Shown piece after piece: positions 63,331 through 64,000 of a stretch of DNA of 64,000 nt. Each line of letters starts with the position of its first letter. Position 1 is the first letter of the stretch. The position numbers and the translations under genes were made by a program. This DNA is from Verrucomicrobiota bacterium. Its GTDB lineage: Bacteria > Verrucomicrobiota > Verrucomicrobiia > Chthoniobacterales > UBA10450. Location: the NCBI GenBank assembly GCA_046732875.1, contig JBKPOB010000038.1, positions 41,031 to 105,030 on the forward strand. The letters are read 5' to 3'. The notes beneath the pieces were generated by a model. It worked only from the letters and a program-made list of their open reading frames with translations. It had not been told where the DNA came from and searched no databases.

Positions 63331-63849
63331 ATGTTAAAGGCACTTGTTTTCGCGTTGCTGACGGTGGTTGCGTCATCTGCGGTCGCCGCGGGGGACGGCC
63401 CAGAGGAGGTAATTCGCGCGCTTTACAGGGCTCACCGGCCGTGGGACCACAAAGGACTCGATCTCGACAGTCGCGCTGTGCTGTCGAAATACTTCAGTCC
63501 CGAACTAACCAAGTTATTCCTAAAGAATGCGCAGTTGGAGCAGGACTGTCCCAAGGGCGACCTTTGTGGACTCGAGTTCGACCCAATCATTGGAGCTCAG
63601 GACTTCGACGAACACCTCAACTTTAAGCTTCGCATCACTGAGGCAACGCCCCCGCAAACTGGTCGATTCGAAGCACGCTTCAAATTATTTAACGAAGGGA
63701 CACCGGAACAAGAGCAAGTAATCGTTTTCCAACTTGTTCAATTGAAAAACGGATGGCGCATTGATGACATCATTTATACCAAGGATAAGGCCTCACTTAG
63801 GGCAGTACTTACCGAGATTATTGACGAGGCGGCGCATCTCAAAGAATAG
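63331..63849 (+). CDS. DUF3828-like secreted protein
   Basis: Signal peptide. VIRALYRAH....LDLDS......YFSPEL..LF......EQD.......GLEFDPIIGAQDF resembles the DUF3828 pattern. Confidence 0.55.
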   Translation: MLKALVFALLTVVASSAVAAGDGPEEVIRALYRAHRPWDHKGLDLDSRAVLSKYFSPELTKLFLKNAQLEQDCPKGDLCGLEFDPIIGAQDFDEHLNFKLRITEATPPQTGRFEARFKLFNEGTPEQEQVIVFQLVQLKNGWRIDDIIYTKDKASLRAVLTEIIDEAAHLKE

Positions 63850-63867
63850 ACTCGGGGCTGCAAGCGA

Positions 63868-64000
63868 ATGACACTCAAAGCATTCACCACCCTGGTAATT
63901 GCCAGCCTTGGAACAATCCTGTTTTCCGTCAGCGCCCATTCCGGCAGCTATGCCTTGGATTGCAACGGTAATGTGTTCGTAGCGGACGCGTTCAGTGGCA
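63868..64000 (+). CDS. 5' end of a secreted protein gene, truncated by the window edge
   Basis: ATG at 63868, signal-peptide-like MTLKAFTTLVIASLGTILFSVSAHS, open to the end of the window. Only 44 codons visible. Confidence 0.35.
   Translation, partial: MTLKAFTTLVIASLGTILFSVSAHSGSYALDCNGNVFVADAFSG

Noticed and set aside
1-64000. Search for known defence, toxin-antitoxin, CRISPR-Cas, restriction-modification, prophage or transposon content
   Set aside because: No nuclease, methyltransferase (other than ubiE and ICMT), reverse transcriptase, Cas, integrase or transposase signatures were seen in any frame. The window looks like core chromosome decorated with REP-type repeats.

Overview
Gene-dense 64-kb chromosomal segment with about 68 supportable CDS and one tRNA. 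Most of it is housekeeping.

Main content, in order:
- LPS-core and lipid A export cluster: msbA-like, one GT9, two GT4.
- FHA-HAD-STAS-ICMT run.
- MocR regulator followed by three secreted NTF2-like (DUF4440) modules.
- lepA-lepB.
- A squalene/phytoene synthase-family gene.
- A UbiD-family decarboxylase preceded by two paralogous lipoproteins.
- moaA-moaC-moaB.
- An M23 peptidase and two PHP phosphoesterases.
- BamD-like/LptE-like/TPR trio followed by tRNA-Leu(CAG).
- ubiE/menG.
- htrA + ABC-2/GldG-like/DUF4340 operon.
- sucA-sucB-(orphan)-lpd.
- MFS transporter, recO-yceI, pxpBCA + APC permease, recQ-DUF4239.
- A terminal block of secreted TPR/SH3b/DUF3828 proteins.

I see no transposase, integrase, phage gene, CRISPR array, or known defence or toxin system.

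Gene content and the distinctive intergenic repeat families suggest a soil PVC/Verrucomicrobiota-like genome. This is inference only.

Most unusual things visible in the sequence:
1. A tandem ~533-bp duplication created a chimeric lipoprotein gene that carries the leader and first ~23 codons of ubiD.
2. Several dispersed repeat families are present. One is an 8-copy REP-like element (GTCATTCYGAGCGAAG...CGCTCGGAATGAC). Others are short-motif arrays (GAATGAC, GTTGAT, GTTAAA) laid out as inverted repeats directly over or in front of start codons.
3. A MocR + triplicated DUF4440 cassette is bracketed by diverged copies of a small gene. One copy is translationally coupled to a 46-aa secreted-peptide ORF.
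4. A coiled-coil protein with three basic 'KARWA' repeats sits next to the tRNA.
5. A 1079-aa secreted TPR protein has a triplicated 4-TPR module.

I cannot demonstrate a clear-cut new multi-gene system from sequence alone. The candidates are listed with modest interest scores.
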